From NCBI RefSeq assembly GCF_018350175.1, contig NC_058368.1, forward strand, positions 111,602,001 through 111,666,000: DNA of 64,000 nt. Reading direction: 5' to 3'. How positions within the stretch are numbered: position 1 is the first letter of the stretch; each line of letters opens with the position of its first letter. The DNA comes from Felis catus. Lineage: Eukaryota. The position numbers and the translations under genes were made by a program. Under the pieces are notes generated by a model. That model worked only from the letters and a program-made list of their open reading frames with translations. It ran no database searches and was not told the DNA's origin. This document shows, in pieces, positions 1-12,404 of the stretch.

Positions 1-300
1 ACTATGGGTTGAGTCTTGGCATGTGAGGAAGAGATTCGGTCCTGCAAAGTTGGGGCAGAGAACATTTCCAGATGGGACAGTCTTGAGCAAATTTAAGAAG
101 ACAGGAAGGGGGGGGGGCTTGTAGAGGGGGATGGTGGATGTTGAGAGGATGCATGGAGGTGAAATGGGAGACTATGTCTGGAAAAGTAGATAGGGCCTGG
201 GTCTTCGAGGGATGGAAGGGCTCCCCTCTGGGGATGGAGAACTCTTGCCAATATTGAGCAGTGACATGTGTTGCTATTTTTGATGAGTCAACATTGAGGA
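1..300 (-). mobile_element. L2 LINE fragment (ancient, degraded)
   Basis: Purine-rich sequence with phrases typical of antisense L2 (ggggcagagaacatttccagatgggacag...gagcaaa; gaaaagtagatagggcctgg). Boundaries approximate. Confidence 0.5.
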
Positions 301-2204
301 AAAGAAAGAAATGTGATTAAGTACCTTAGGTAAGATGGTTTGGGGTGGAGAGAGGTGGTTGTGATGGTCGTGGGGGAAACAGAAATGTTTTTGTGTTGAA
401 CAGAGCAGTACTGAGGGTCACCTGGCCCCTGGTTTCAGAAATTGCAGGTGGAGTGGAATTGTGTGAGCCGTACTCGGTGACTTCCCATAAGCCAGCAGAG
501 AGTCGCAGGCCGTGGGATCTCCTGAGAGGAAGGGATGTTGCCACCCCATCTGCCCACAGTCCCTGTGTTGGGGTTTGGCTTTCATATTTCAGTTTGTATT
601 CCCTTTGGTTTCTTTTGAAATTTTTACAAAAGTACAGGCTACTAATTCAAATGATAAATATTTTGTTTTAATTCAAAACAAAAGAGAAGACAAGCTGTCC
701 GAAGTAATCTGGGTGCTGATGAGCTCTGCGGGCAGAGCTCCACAAAGTGGTTCTGAACTGTAGTGGGGCAGAGGTGTGTGGTTGCAGGGTGAGATGAAGT
801 GTCTTTAGAAAACTGTGGCACCCAATCAGCACCTGCTTGGAAAGGGTATGTCAGGTTATGATACAAGACAAACTGTCATCACGGATTAAAGTGCTTCTGT
901 GATCCAAGGGTAGTAGTCATTTCTTGGGACCTTGGCTAATCTTAAAAAAATTTTAAAACAAATGTGAAACAAATCAACTGCTTGAGACTGGCTCCTTAAA
1001 GGGTGGGTATTCATTCATTCGCATAAGTGATATTTAATTGATTTGTTGAACTGATCTGTTGATACTAAACTCTGCGGAACATACACTGGAAAACAAGGTG
1101 AAGAAGGTGGGTTCCCAAGAAGACAGAGACTAGCAAGTGTTCACTTTTTACCCCCGTAGGGACTAAGATGCTCTAGTTCCTGGAAGTGGGAAAAGCAGAT
1201 CAAAGTGCAGGTTTATTATGATACTTACTATTGTCAGATTAATGTGAAAAATAGTGAAAAGTGCAGCTTAGGAAGGAAAAATCACAGATGCGCAGCATTT
1301 TGTGGGGGCCCCACAGGCTGCACGTTTTAAGAAGAGGGGTGGGTGCTGGGAACAAAGATGAGAGGTGGTAGGACCAGGGGAGAAACCACCGTGTTGTCTC
1401 AGGGCAGTGGGTCACATTGATGCCGGTGTAAAATCCCGGGTTCTGGCTAAGCATGCAGGTTTGGGGCCTGCCTCCAGAGATTCCTCTAGAAGTGTGGTCT
1501 GGAGCTCTGCAGCCCACAGGCTGAACCAGTTGCCCGTCTCAGGTGTTTCTGAGGAGTAGCAGTAACCTGGAGAGATGAGTCCCAGCCTTGCATTTTTCAA
1601 AGATAACTATTGAAGGAGGGGCGGTCATACTGTATCCGTTCATTTGAGAGGATGTAAGTTCCAGGCCCCTCCTTTTAATTCCATAGCCATCCCTTCTGCC
1701 TCTTATGTCCTAGGTGTCAACTTCCAGAGGCCTGGGCATCAGAGGCAGGCCGGCGGGGCTCAGATAGCAGGCTGTAGACATGGTGTGGGCTCTGCGGGGC
1801 AGAATAGCTCCTGGAGGGGAGGTCTTAAAGGGCTGGGAAAATCCTGGGAGCCGAGAGGCACTGAGGGAGAGACTGTTCTGCGTCCCAGACAGGTGGTGGA
1901 GGCTCTCCTGCTCCAGCTGTGGCCTTAGAACTCTGCTGGGGGTGGGGAGGCCTGTGTCTCCACATACCTGCTAGCCTTCATCCATGCCAGATCTTTACCA
2001 AGGGATGCATTAGAATGTTCTGATACCCGTCAGAGAAGCAGTGGGTGCAAGTGTTGGTGGGGGTTGAGAAATCATTTTTCCAGTCATATCCCTGTGCGGG
2101 TGGGGAAACCAGGGCTCAGGGAGGAGAGATGACCCATGGGGAGTGAAAAGATGATAAGATGAGGCAGAAATGGGCTTTTCTCCATCTCTGCCAGCCTTGC
2201 TGGA

Positions 2205-2305
2205 TGAGCTTGAGCAGATGATATGGTCTCTCGGTGCCTCACTCTGCACATCTGTGAGATGAGGAAAATGATCCCTACACCTTAGGGTTGTTATCAGGAT
2301 CCAGA
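2205..2305 (+). mobile_element. MIR SINE core fragment
   Basis: tgagcttgagcag...tgcctcactctgcacatctgtgagatgagg...ccttagggttgttatcaggat resembles the MIR core. Confidence 0.6.
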
Positions 2306-2572
2306 ATGACTTCTCTTGGAGCCTGGTACCCACAAGGCACGACCACTGTTGGTGCCCAGCATCTGGGTCTGGCTGCCCAGGGTCCAGCCCAGACTTCTGG
2401 TCCATGCCCCGCTGCTGCTAGGACCCTCTGACTCTCTGCAGCCTGGTCAGGCCCTTGCTTCAGCGATGGCAGTTGGGATTGGGGTGTGGGACAGTGAGCG
2501 GGTTCTGTTTGCTAAGTTTGTGTATTGCTTAATAAGGAAAACATGGCTTGTCCTGGCAAACAGTGGATCCGG

Positions 2573-2717
2573 CCATATATGGGGAAAAGGAATAACTTGG
2601 ATACGGTCAAGGATACAATTCTGAGCTCTTCTTATTTAAAACAAAATCAAAGACAATATGGAATTGCCACTCTTCTTGGTCCACTTTAGTTATGGAGGAA
2701 TTTCTGGTTATAAATAG
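2573..2717. promoter_or_regulatory. Candidate enhancer with CArG box and MEF2 site
   Basis: CCATATATGG (2573-2582) fits CC(A/T)6GG; TTATAAATAG (2708-2717) fits YTA(W)4TAR; TCF/LEF-type ATCAAAG at 2646-2652; repeat-free AT-rich island. Confidence 0.35.
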
Positions 2718-3284
2718 GCAACATCTTGCAATGTCAACTTTAGAATAGCTGTGAACTGTTTGGGGAGCACATCCTTTCCACACTTGAAAGAACTTGGCAT
2801 AGAGCAGGAGTCCCCAGTGGATGGAAAGAAGGCAAATGTTTTGCAGCCGTGCAGAGCAGATTAAGTCCTGCTGTGGCCCAGCCATCTCCAGAGTAAGCAC
2901 CGTGTCTGTGGGCTGGGAAGGGCCAGGTCATGCCCCAAATCTGGGGTCCTCCTGGCCTCTCTGCAGTGGTGCCCCACTGACTGCATACACCTTCTTTCCT
3001 CCAGCTGTCTGCTTCGTGGTCTCTGTGTCACCTCCATTCCTTAGCCGTCACTTACTCATTAATTCATTGACTCAGCCACTTGATGAACACTCCTCAAGAG
3101 AGGTGGTGCTCCTGGTTTTCTCCTGCTCCTCTTCCCTCCTCTCCGGTGGCCTTATCTCCTTTGGCTACTCTTTGCTCATGGCTAGTGCCCTGGGCTCTGT
3201 CCTTGGTCCTTTTCTTTCCTTTCTCTGCACATTATCCCATCTCCTCTTGGCCTGATTTCCATCATCATCAGAGTGATGAAGTGG

Positions 3285-3495
3285 GGCCATCATGTCTGGG
3301 TCCAACGCTGGCTGTACAACTTCCTAGGTGTGTAACCTTTGGCAAGTTTCTCAACCTCTCTCTGACATGCTTTCCTCACCTGTAAACTGGGGGTGATAAT
3401 AGTGCTTACCTCTAGGGTGGTTATGACGATGGATTGAGTTGATCGCTACAAATCTCCTAGAATGGTACCTAATAGCAGGTTAGCACTCACAAAGC
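3285..3495 (+). mobile_element. MIR SINE
   Basis: tgtgtaacctttggcaagtttctcaacctctctctg...tttcctcacctgtaaactgggggtgataatagtgcttacctctagggtggttatga matches the MIR core and 3' part. Confidence 0.85.
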
Positions 3496-6163
3496 TTTGG
3501 CTGCTGCCCTTCTTTGCTCATAGTGGCTCATTCTCTCACTGGCTGCATCTCTGGTCTAACTTCCAGAGAAAGATCTCCAGCTGCCCACTGGGCATCCTCC
3601 ATTCAGTTCAGGATGAGCTCCTGTGCTGTGCAGTCACATGCGTGGGGTTCAGTCCAGGTGTATGGTATTGAGGAAGACGCAGTCCAGGTTGTGAGGTGTT
3701 GCAGTATATGTGACCAAGTATTACACTGCATGTCCTGACAGGTAGTGGGTGCCCTCTGGGCCACACTCAAGCTGATGGTCTCTGTCCACACCCCCTTCCC
3801 AGGTTTGTTGCCTCTTTCATGGGCAGCCCTCTTTTGGGGGGCAATTAGGCCAATGGCATGAGGAAGAGGCGTGGAAGATCCAGGTTTCTAGCCTTTTGGG
3901 TGGATGGTGCCACCCATTCTGATGCTGTAGTATTTCTTGATTCTTTATCTTCTCTCCATGCTCTTAACCCCTGCCTAGGTCTGGCCTCACCACCACTCCT
4001 CCACCCAGATGGTCTCTCTGAAAAACCTCTTCTACTTCCTCTTACTCATCCTCTGGCCTCGCTTGGCTAAAGTCAGGCCAGGCCTGCGTATAGCTCCCCA
4101 GAGGTTTCCTATTACCTGCTGTCAGGGTTTTCTGTGTGACGGAACCCCATACCCCTGCGCCCTCATCCTCCTCCATTGCCCCTGTGAGTGTTGACTTCAT
4201 TTCCTCCTATTGGCTGAGAGCCAGCCCCTTGGGGACCTGAAATAAGTGGGTGCTGCCTACCTGGGGAAGGCAGGCTGGCAAGTACGTGGGCTGCCACAGG
4301 AGCACGGGCCTGAGCGATTCACCATGTTCTAGCCCTGGCTTCTTCCAGTCAAAGAAGAATCACTAAGTCATTAGCTCCCAGGTTCTTGGCGGCTCCCGGG
4401 TATCCCTGCTACCTCTCATGTGCTCTCTCCTATCATTCCTCCTGTTCTGACCAGAGCAGACCCAGCCACCTTTTGGCAGGGACCTCTTCTTGGGCTTCTC
4501 CTGTGGGTGTTTCTTCCCTGGATTCTGAAGTAGACTTTGCCTCATTCTTAGATTGGACCTCCAGATCTTCCTGAACTGTCTGCAGTCTCTGCGCCAGGAG
4601 TCACTCTGATCTCCAGATGGCTAATGTAAGCACTCACTCCTCTGATTTACCTCTGTAGAGTCCCTTTTCCTCACCAGACTGTGTGCTTCTGGAAAGCAGG
4701 GCTCTGCCTCCTCCTGATGAGGGAATGCCCCCTCACAGAGGAATAAGCACAGAGCTAGCACACAATAGATCTTTATCCCCCAAGCCTTCCTGACATGCAA
4801 CTGCCTCCATGTGTGTTTTCTATCTGGGGTTCCACTTTAACCTTTGTTTGAGCAGAGTTTTCTGTGCTAAGACTTTCTTCAGACAATGCCTGAGATCCCC
4901 TTGGGTCGTTAATCTGATTTTCCAAACTCCCTTAACCAGATTCTTCTGTGTCCTGGGTTCCTTCTTGCCCCACCTTCTCCCTGCATTGTAGCCCCCAGGG
5001 TTGAGGCCTGGTGATCTAAGTACATCTACATATAATTGGTGGATTCTGAGCCAAAGCCTGGACCCAGGTGGACTGTAGATCTCAGGCAAGGCGTAGCAGG
5101 TGGACTCTGTGTGTCTAGGGCAGAGTATGGGTCATGGCTTGAGGACACTGATTGCCCAGGTGTTGGCCTGGCTCCTGAGCCACTTATCTGCACCCAGATG
5201 CTGGGCCCTTGTTGCCTACCCATTAATCTGGGGGAGGGGTCTTCCTGCCTGAGATGTTGGAGCAAAGCCATAGTATAGCCACCTTCTCTCCTCCTCACCC
5301 TATTGAGGGCAGGTGGCCAGGGTGTAATTCACAAACCTGCCCTCCATCACAGAGCATGGAGGTAGTCCCCTGTGGGTGCAGCCTCTTCTCTGGATTGGAT
5401 CCCCAGGGCTCAGTGGATGCCTCCCCCCATCACCCCATCCCTCACACAGTGGGCAGAATTGAGCTGTTCTATTGTTTGTCAAGGGTCATGCTCAAACATG
5501 CCCTCCCCTCTCAGATTGCATCGTGCTGCCACTCTTGTGACATTGCTGATGGAGCCTTGAGCTTCCCACCTCTCTGGCTCACTTAGGCAGTAACACAGTG
5601 TTCTCTGAATACCCTAACTTAGTTGGCTAGTTTTCCCTTCATGAATATTCAGGTTGTTGTTTCCAATTTTTCTTTATTATAACAAACTTCAGTGAATATC
5701 TTTGTGGATATCTCTTTGTGGGGTCAAAGCATCTGCACATTTATAATTTTGATACATAATGTCAAGCAGTTCTCCTTGAAGGGCACTCACACAGCATGAT
5801 GATGCATTTCTCCACATCCCACCCAACCTATTTTTTTTTTAATGTTTCTATTCTTCACTGGTGTGGCTGTGGAAAAATTATATATTGTGTCTTTTTGCAT
5901 TTATTTAATTCTTAGTGGCCATTTTTATTTATTTCACAAATTGCCTGTTCACATCCTTTGCTCATTTTTGTAGTGGGGGCTCATTTTAGAGAATTGAGTA
6001 GTGAGAGCTCTTTGAATGTTAGGAATGCAACAATAGGTACTCAGTAGGCCCTTAAATGTTTGTTGACAAGTAACTTTTTTATGTCTTGCAAAAATTTCAT
6101 TGAACTATAAATTTATTTTAAATTAGAAGTGTAAATCTTTCATGTTGTTAAATTTTCATTCTT

Positions 6164-6390
6164 GGGGCGCCTGGGTGGCGCAGTCGGTTAAGCGTCCGAC
6201 TTCAGCCAGGTCACGATCTCGCAGTCCGTGAGTTCGAGCCCCGCGTCAGGCTCTGGGCTGATGGCTCGGAGCCTGGAGCCTGTTTCCGATTCTGTGTCTC
6301 CCTCTCTCTCTGCCCCTCCCCTGTTCATGCTCTGTCTCTCTCTGTCCCAAAAATAAATAAAAAATGTTGAAAAAAAAAATTAAAAAAAAA
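6164..6390 (+). mobile_element. Young felid Can-SINE (SINEC_Fc-like), full length
   Basis: ggggcgcctgggtggcgcagtcggttaagcg head with A and B boxes (gttcgagcc), (CT)n region and A tail; CpGs retained; TSD aaattttcattctt (6150-6163) / aaattttaattctt (6388-6401). Confidence 0.97.
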
Positions 6391-6405
6391 TTTTAATTCT
6401 TTAAT

Positions 6406-6647
6406 ATTTTTTTAATGTTTATTTATTTTTGAGAGAGAGAGAGAGAGAAAGAGAGAGAGACAGACAGACAGAGAGACAGAGAACGAGCAGGAGAGGGCAG
6501 AGAGACAGGGAGACACAGAATCCGAAGCAGGCTCCAGGCTCTGAGCTGTCAGCACAGAGCCCGACGTAGGGCTCGAACCCACAGGCCATGAGATCATGAC
6601 CTGAGCCGAAGTTGGACACTTAACCGACTGAGCCATCCGGGTGCCCC
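6406..6647 (-). mobile_element. Can-SINE, full length
   Basis: T tail, (GA)n, and reverse-complement head ending ...gagccatccgggtgcccc, followed by aaattttcattc. Confidence 0.96.
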
Positions 6648-6660
6648 AAATTTTCATTCC

Positions 6661-6890
6661 TTTTTTTAAAAAATATATGAAATTTATTGTCAAATTGGTT
6701 TCCATACAACACCCAGTGCTCATCCCAAAAGATGCCCTCTTCAATACCCATCACCCACCCTCCCCTCCCTCCCACCCCCCATCAGCCCTCAGTTTGTTCT
6801 CATTTTTTAAGAGTCTCTTATGCTTTGGCTCTCTCCCACTCTAACCTCTCTTTTTTTTAATTTTTTATTTTTAATTTAATTTTTTTTTCC
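6661..6890 (-). mobile_element. 5'-truncated cat-type L1 (3' UTR end)
   Basis: aatatatgaaatttattgtcaaattggtttccatacaacacccagtgctcatccca is the antisense 3' terminus of felid L1; flanked by ccaaattttcattc at 6646-6659 and 6889-6902. Confidence 0.9.
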
Positions 6891-7289
6891 AAATTTTCAT
6901 TCTCTATGGCTTTTTATTTTTATTTTTTTAATGACACACTGAAAGAGCATCCCTTTTCCCTGCAGGATTTTAAAGCCATTCACCTATGTTTTCTTCTAGA
7001 ACTTTTAAGGTTCTATGGTTTATATTTGAATCTCTGCTCCATCTAGAATTTTTTATAGCTTAAGGAGAAAGGTATGGATCTAATATTCCTTCCCATGCTT
7101 TTGCCACCAACAAAAGGTAGCAATCATGTGTCCTGATACCATTTATTAAATAATTCATTTTAAGGCCATGGAGTAGAAATGCTACCTGCATCATACACTA
7201 AATTCCAATCGGTGTTTGCATCTGTTAATGGATTTTTCTCCTTGTCCATTCGTTTGCTAGTATTTCTGGTTATAAAAGTGCTTTTGATA

Positions 7290-7500
7290 ATAACTACCAA
7301 TCATTGAGTTCCTACTATGTCTCAGATACTTTATATACTTTATCTCAAATGTTTCCCAGCACTCTATAGGGTGTAGATCCAGTGTTCCCAATGTCAATAA
7401 GGCTTGTGGGATATATGATCTGGACAAATTCAGACAGGTAATGGGTGCAATCATTCAGGAATCAAACCCAGGAATACCTGGCTCTGAGTCTGGCCCTTCT
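7290..7500 (-). mobile_element. MIR SINE
   Basis: cattgagttcctactatgtctcagatacttt...caggaatcaaacccagg...tggctctgagtc is antisense MIR. Confidence 0.65.
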
Positions 7501-8689
7501 CACTGCTCCAACCTGCCTCATGTGACCCCTCTCCATACTCTCCATGGCATGAGGGTGATGGGGCTGAGAGAATGCCAGCTGAAAGGTAACTGGCTTACTT
7601 CCCACCATTGAAAATGGAGACCATGGAGAACAGTGGCTTGCCCCAATCCCAGCCTGGTTAGAGGAGAGCCAAGTCTGGGACTGACTGTCAGCTCATTGAC
7701 CTTGTATCCTCAATTCAGTGTCATAAGAGAGCTGGCCTGTTGGCATGGTGATGGGATTATCTGTGCCCTGTCTCAAAGCTGTTACACAAGATTGTGCTGC
7801 AGACATGGCTGGCTGGCGGTCACCCTCATAGAAGTAAGTGGGTCAGGTTAGTGCCCAGGTAAACTCTTGCCCCGATGCTCAGTGGATGGGAATTGCAGGA
7901 TTCTTTTGGGTCTTACAGTCGTACAATAGAGAGGTCCTTAGAGGTCATGCAGTCCACTCCTGCCATGTTTAGATCAAGAAGCTGATGCCCAGAGAAGGGA
8001 CGAAACTTGCCCAGAGTTCCCTGTGCTGTGGCGATCTTGGGCACCCTCTGAAATCCACACCTTGTAATGAGGTCTGTTGAGTAAGAAGTGTAGCTGAAAC
8101 AGGTCTTGGTTGCCAGGGACAGTGTTAGGAAGGTATTAGGTAAAACCCCAGCCTAATCTCCTGGAACTCTGGGACAACCCTGCAGATAGGCCTTGCTAAA
8201 CAGCTGTAGGAAGTGTTGGGAGAGTGGTGTGCTGAGGCTCCTTTTCTAGGCCTTCCCTGTTTCAATGATCTTTGTGGCTGACACCTTGGGAGTTCTACAA
8301 GAACAAGATAAGCATACACGCTGAGATTGGCACCTCCTAGTAGCACTTCCAAGAATTGCCTGCCAGCTGATTCCCACGGGAGAAGTGGCCTGGCTTCAGA
8401 TTTGAGTAATCACCGTGGCCAGTGACGCAGTGTGTGATGTGTGTGTCCTTGTGCATGCACACACATGCCACATGCACACATGCATGTGTAGAGCTGTTAG
8501 TCTTTGGGACGGCTGTGTCCCCACATCCTGTCTGTGCCAAATCATAGAGTTACTTGGCCAGAGTCTGTGGGTGCGATTTTGTAGCCTAGTCTTGGGAGTC
8601 CCCTCTCTTGTGCTTTTGCTTGGGCCCTTCTGCCCAGCTGTACTCTTGTCTCCCTTTTCTCCACAGATCGAAATTCGGGCTCATGTTGA

Positions 8690-8960
8690 AGTGTCAGCTT
8701 GAATCTTCCTTTGGCTCTTCTGTGAAGTCCCCAGCCCCAGCCCAGTCCACAGTTCTACTGTTCTCACTCTTTTGGATGCCAAGAGCTTTCTTCTCTGTCA
8801 ACCACATGGTACTTGAGCACTTTTCCATAGAGCTTGTATTGCTATATAGTTTTTCATGAGACGCAATCTTGTTGACTGAGGCAGTAATCTCATGTTTCAC
8901 ACCATTTTATATCCTCATCAGTGTCTGGTGCATAGAAGGCCCCCAGGAAATGTTGGTTGC
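8690..8960 (+). mobile_element. L2 3' fragment
   Basis: ggctcatgttgaagtgtcagc...tctgtgaagtcc...tttatatcctcatcagtgtctggtgcatagaagg...aaatgttggttg resembles the L2 3' end. Confidence 0.55.
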
Positions 8961-9884
8961 CTGGTGGGTCTGGAGTTAGCCAGTATATAAGCACTGACTG
9001 AAACACTTTCAGGCCTGGGAGGGCATGAGGTGCTCACCTGTACATGCTGGTGGCCATTCAGAGGGGGTAAGATGGGCTCATTCAGCCCTGCAGGAGGCTC
9101 TGATCTGAGAGGGCCATGGTGGTGATGTGCCAGAAATGGGATGAGGGGTTAGTGAGCTCATAGGGCTCTGATGTTACAAACCTGACCATGCTTTATCTGC
9201 TGTGCAGGGGGAGAGGGCACCTGGGTGGTGGATGAGAGGAGGGGCTGAGTCTGAACTTAACTGCTCTCTCCACCTGGGAGGCTTCCTGGACAAGAAGGAG
9301 TAAGGGGTTTGGAATTCGACAGCGGATATGGTTAGTTCTCACTCTCTTTGGGCCTAGTTCTCTGTCCTTTCCAGTCCTGGGAGCTCTTAGAAGATTGTAT
9401 CAGGAGCAGGACACGTTTCCTCTTTAATTCTAAAGGACTTCTAATTGCTAACTGGGGATCATTTTTGAGAGAGAGGTGTATTGCTTTTGCCTCTTGTTCG
9501 TTTGCTCATTTGTCCGTTCTGTGGTGGGCCTGATGATGTGAAGCTGGTCTGCTAACATGGTCTAACCTCGGAGTGCAGTACGAAAGGAGCTGGTGACTGT
9601 CTCTGGAGCAGGGGACAAGTTTGTGTCCTGCTCTTGGCTGTCCATGATAACACTCTGACTCCCAAGGCTGGCATGCAGTGGCCTCCTTCCCCAGGCTCTG
9701 CAGACTGCTCTGGCTTTGTGTTCTCTAGAACTTCTTCCCACCCTACTGTACCTCTTTTCTTTCTCAGATGTGTTGGCTGCCCCCACCACCATGCTTTTGC
9801 TTGTGCTGATCCCTCTTCTTGGACTCTCCCTGCTTCCTCCACTATCAGTATGACTGATTCCCAGTCAACTGTGTTAGACTCCCC

Positions 9885-10040
9885 AGTAGCATCCTGTGGG
9901 AGAAAGCATGGACTTTGGAGTCAGCTAGATGCAGGTTCAAACCCTGCCTTCACCACTTCTTGGCTCTTCATGTTACTTCTTTGGGTCTATTTCAAATACA
10001 CAAGGGCATTGACCTCACAGGGCTGATGGGAGGGCTAAAC
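9885..10040 (+). mobile_element. MIR SINE
   Basis: gaaagcatggactttggagtcagctagatgcaggttcaaaccctgcc is the tRNA-like MIR head. Confidence 0.75.
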
Positions 10041-10148
10041 TGAGGGAGGATGTGCCTGCCCTTTCTTCTCTTCCTGCTTCTACTTCCATTCTCACTGCTA
10101 GGCCTGTAGGTGCCTCGTCCCTTGGTTGTTTGTCTCGGTGAAGCCCTT

Positions 10149-10460
10149 TCATTCAACAGATGTTTACTGAGCACCTACTGTATGCCAAGTGCTGGGCAGT
10201 GAGAATGACTTTAGTTTGGGTGTTTGGTACCAAGGGTTGTGAGAGCCCATACCTGGCCCTGGGAGGGAATGACATTCCAGCTGAGCTCTGGTGGCTGAGA
10301 GGTGACGTGGAAAAGACAGGAAGGAAGACAGTTCTGGGCAGAGGGAAGCAATGAGTGGGACACAATCAGGCATGAGCTGTGCTAATGTCTTTATCCTAAG
10401 AGTAGTAGGAAGGATTCCCCACAGAAGTAGGACATGGTCCTATTTGCATCTCCCCAAAGA
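10149..10460 (-). mobile_element. L2 3' fragment
   Basis: tcattcaacagatgtttactgagcacctactgtatgccaagtgctggg is the antisense L2 terminus. Confidence 0.75.
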
Positions 10461-12404
10461 TTGAGAAGGCCCAGGAGGAAGCTCAGTTGAGCAAGGGAGA
10501 GCCTTGGCTGGTTGGCGTGAGAGTTGCAGCCATGGAGACATGCTGGTCAGGTTGGTCAGCATGCTGGTGGGTGGGACACGGGTGGTAAGAGAGAGGGAGG
10601 AAAACAAGGCCTCCTCTCAGGTTCTGGCTCTTGTGACACGATGGTGTATGGATGCATGGAGAGCAGGTTGGCAGCCAAGGGAAGACCAGACCTTAACTCA
10701 TCTCCCCCCAGGTGTGCAAGCTCCCTGCCTTCAGGTTCCAGGGCTCCTGTACAGCCCCTTAGGGCCCAAGAGGATTCCAGAAGACTGTTCCTGGTTGATG
10801 TTGGAAAATTAGCCCTTAGTCCTCTGTCAGCACACTTGACCATGGACATGCTCCCTTGGCCTCCAAGGCTCTCTGTGTTGGCCAGTTGGTCTCTGGCCCT
10901 ATCTCCTGGAGGAGGCCCAGCTTCTCCTGGGGGCTCCATGCTGGGGCCAGTGTGCTGGGCCTCCTGGGTCTCAGGCAGAGCCAGCAAGGGTGGAGCTCCC
11001 ACTGCCTTGCTGAGGTAGGCATGGGATCAGCTTCCCTCCCGGCTGTGCTGTATCCACAGGGAAACATTTAGAATATGTGAATGTAAGTGGCTGCTGGAAA
11101 GAAATCTACCATTTCTCCTAGTATTAAGAAAGAGCAAGACTACTGGAGGCTACCAGATGTTCTGTGTCATATAATGTATGTTTTATGGCAAATGAAAATA
11201 TATATAAAATCTGTACCCAGAGAGCTCCCCGCTTGCTTAAAGGGAGCTGGATCCTTCTTTTCACTCTTACCCTTTCATATTTTAGGCAAGAATTCCCTTC
11301 CGGGCAATGAACTTATCTGCCAAGTTGGGGCCCAGAGGGAACTCTTATGGGGGACTTGTAAACCCCGTCTTTTGAGGAAATCTTGGGGCCGAGGCCACAT
11401 TCAGCCCCACATGTTTACACAATAGTCTCTCTCAGCTCTGAGGGGCCATTAGAGTTAATTGGGTGAATAATCTGTGTTTAAAAAGTCCCCAAATACGTAT
11501 TTACATAATCCATGCTTTGCCCAAGCCTGTTCAAGCCTATTTGTGGGATCTGGAGTGGATCCTGGGCTTAGCGTCTTATTCTCATGTGTCCAGAGAAGCT
11601 TCTCCTCCTGGTGACTGTCCTGTGGTGGGTATGGGGACAGGTAGGTCTACCTTCTGCCTGGTGTTGTGGCAGGGCCTGTTAGCCATGTGATCTTGCTGAG
11701 CCTTTGCCAAACATGTTTTATGGATCTCTGGTGGTGGCAGGTTCTACGTGGGAGAAAGTTTCCATGGTCTACTAAGTTTGGGAAGCACCCTATCTTATGT
11801 TGGCTCTTGGAGATTCCACGGACATTATTATACCAAGACTCCCTGAAGTCATGCAGTAGAGAGCCTGACCTAGCATGGTCTACTCTAGCTTCCATCAGAG
11901 GCATGTGAATTTGAGCATCTCTCTCTTGCATGGTCCTGATGAATATCCCATAGAAATAGTATCCTGTAGAAACCGTACTGGGGAACAGCAGTCCCACTCT
12001 TGTGTTTTGCAGGGGACACCTTCGGTTTTGGCCATCCACACTCAAACACTGCGTTCGCTGACTTTGGTCATGTCGGCTGCGAACACACGACCCCCAGGAA
12101 TGCTTTTCACACGGCTACAGTTCTTGCCTGGTTCTTGGAGCAGGAAAGAGTCTGAGTATTTGAAGCGGGCACACGGGGGTTGTGTGGAGACACGGCACTC
12201 TGGGTCAGGGAGCCCTCAAAGTCCTGTGCCCCCCTGGTTGCTGGAGTCTGGTCTCTGTGGGTCACTCCAGTCCCAGGGATTTGCTCGGCATCAGGAAGGA
12301 TGCATCCAAATGCGGGCTGAGGCCAGAGCCTGCCTGGAACACAGGTGGACCGTTCACACTCAGGCTCTGCTGCTACTGTGAATTGTCCTCCTCATCAGTC
12401 ATCA

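Larger units (their letters stand above)
5620..7270 (-). mobile_element. Old L1 (L1ME-like) fragment, interrupted at 6150-6903 by younger insertions
   Basis: T-rich antisense L1 phrases (gttgtttccaatttttc, ttgcctgttcacatcctttgctcatttt, tcacctatgttttcttctagaac, ccatttattaaataattc). Confidence 0.7.

Noticed and set aside
6164..6250. tRNA-like A and B boxes
   Set aside because: They belong to tRNA-derived SINE heads, not tRNA genes.
6150..6903. Four short direct repeats spaced about 240-260 bp apart, superficially CRISPR-like
   Set aside because: Repeats are 12-14 bp TSDs and the spacers are retroelements; eukaryotic context with no cas genes.
8428..8490. Self-complementary TG/CA-rich stretch as a possible miRNA hairpin
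   Set aside because: Low-complexity alternating purine-pyrimidine sequence; no known miRNA recognised.
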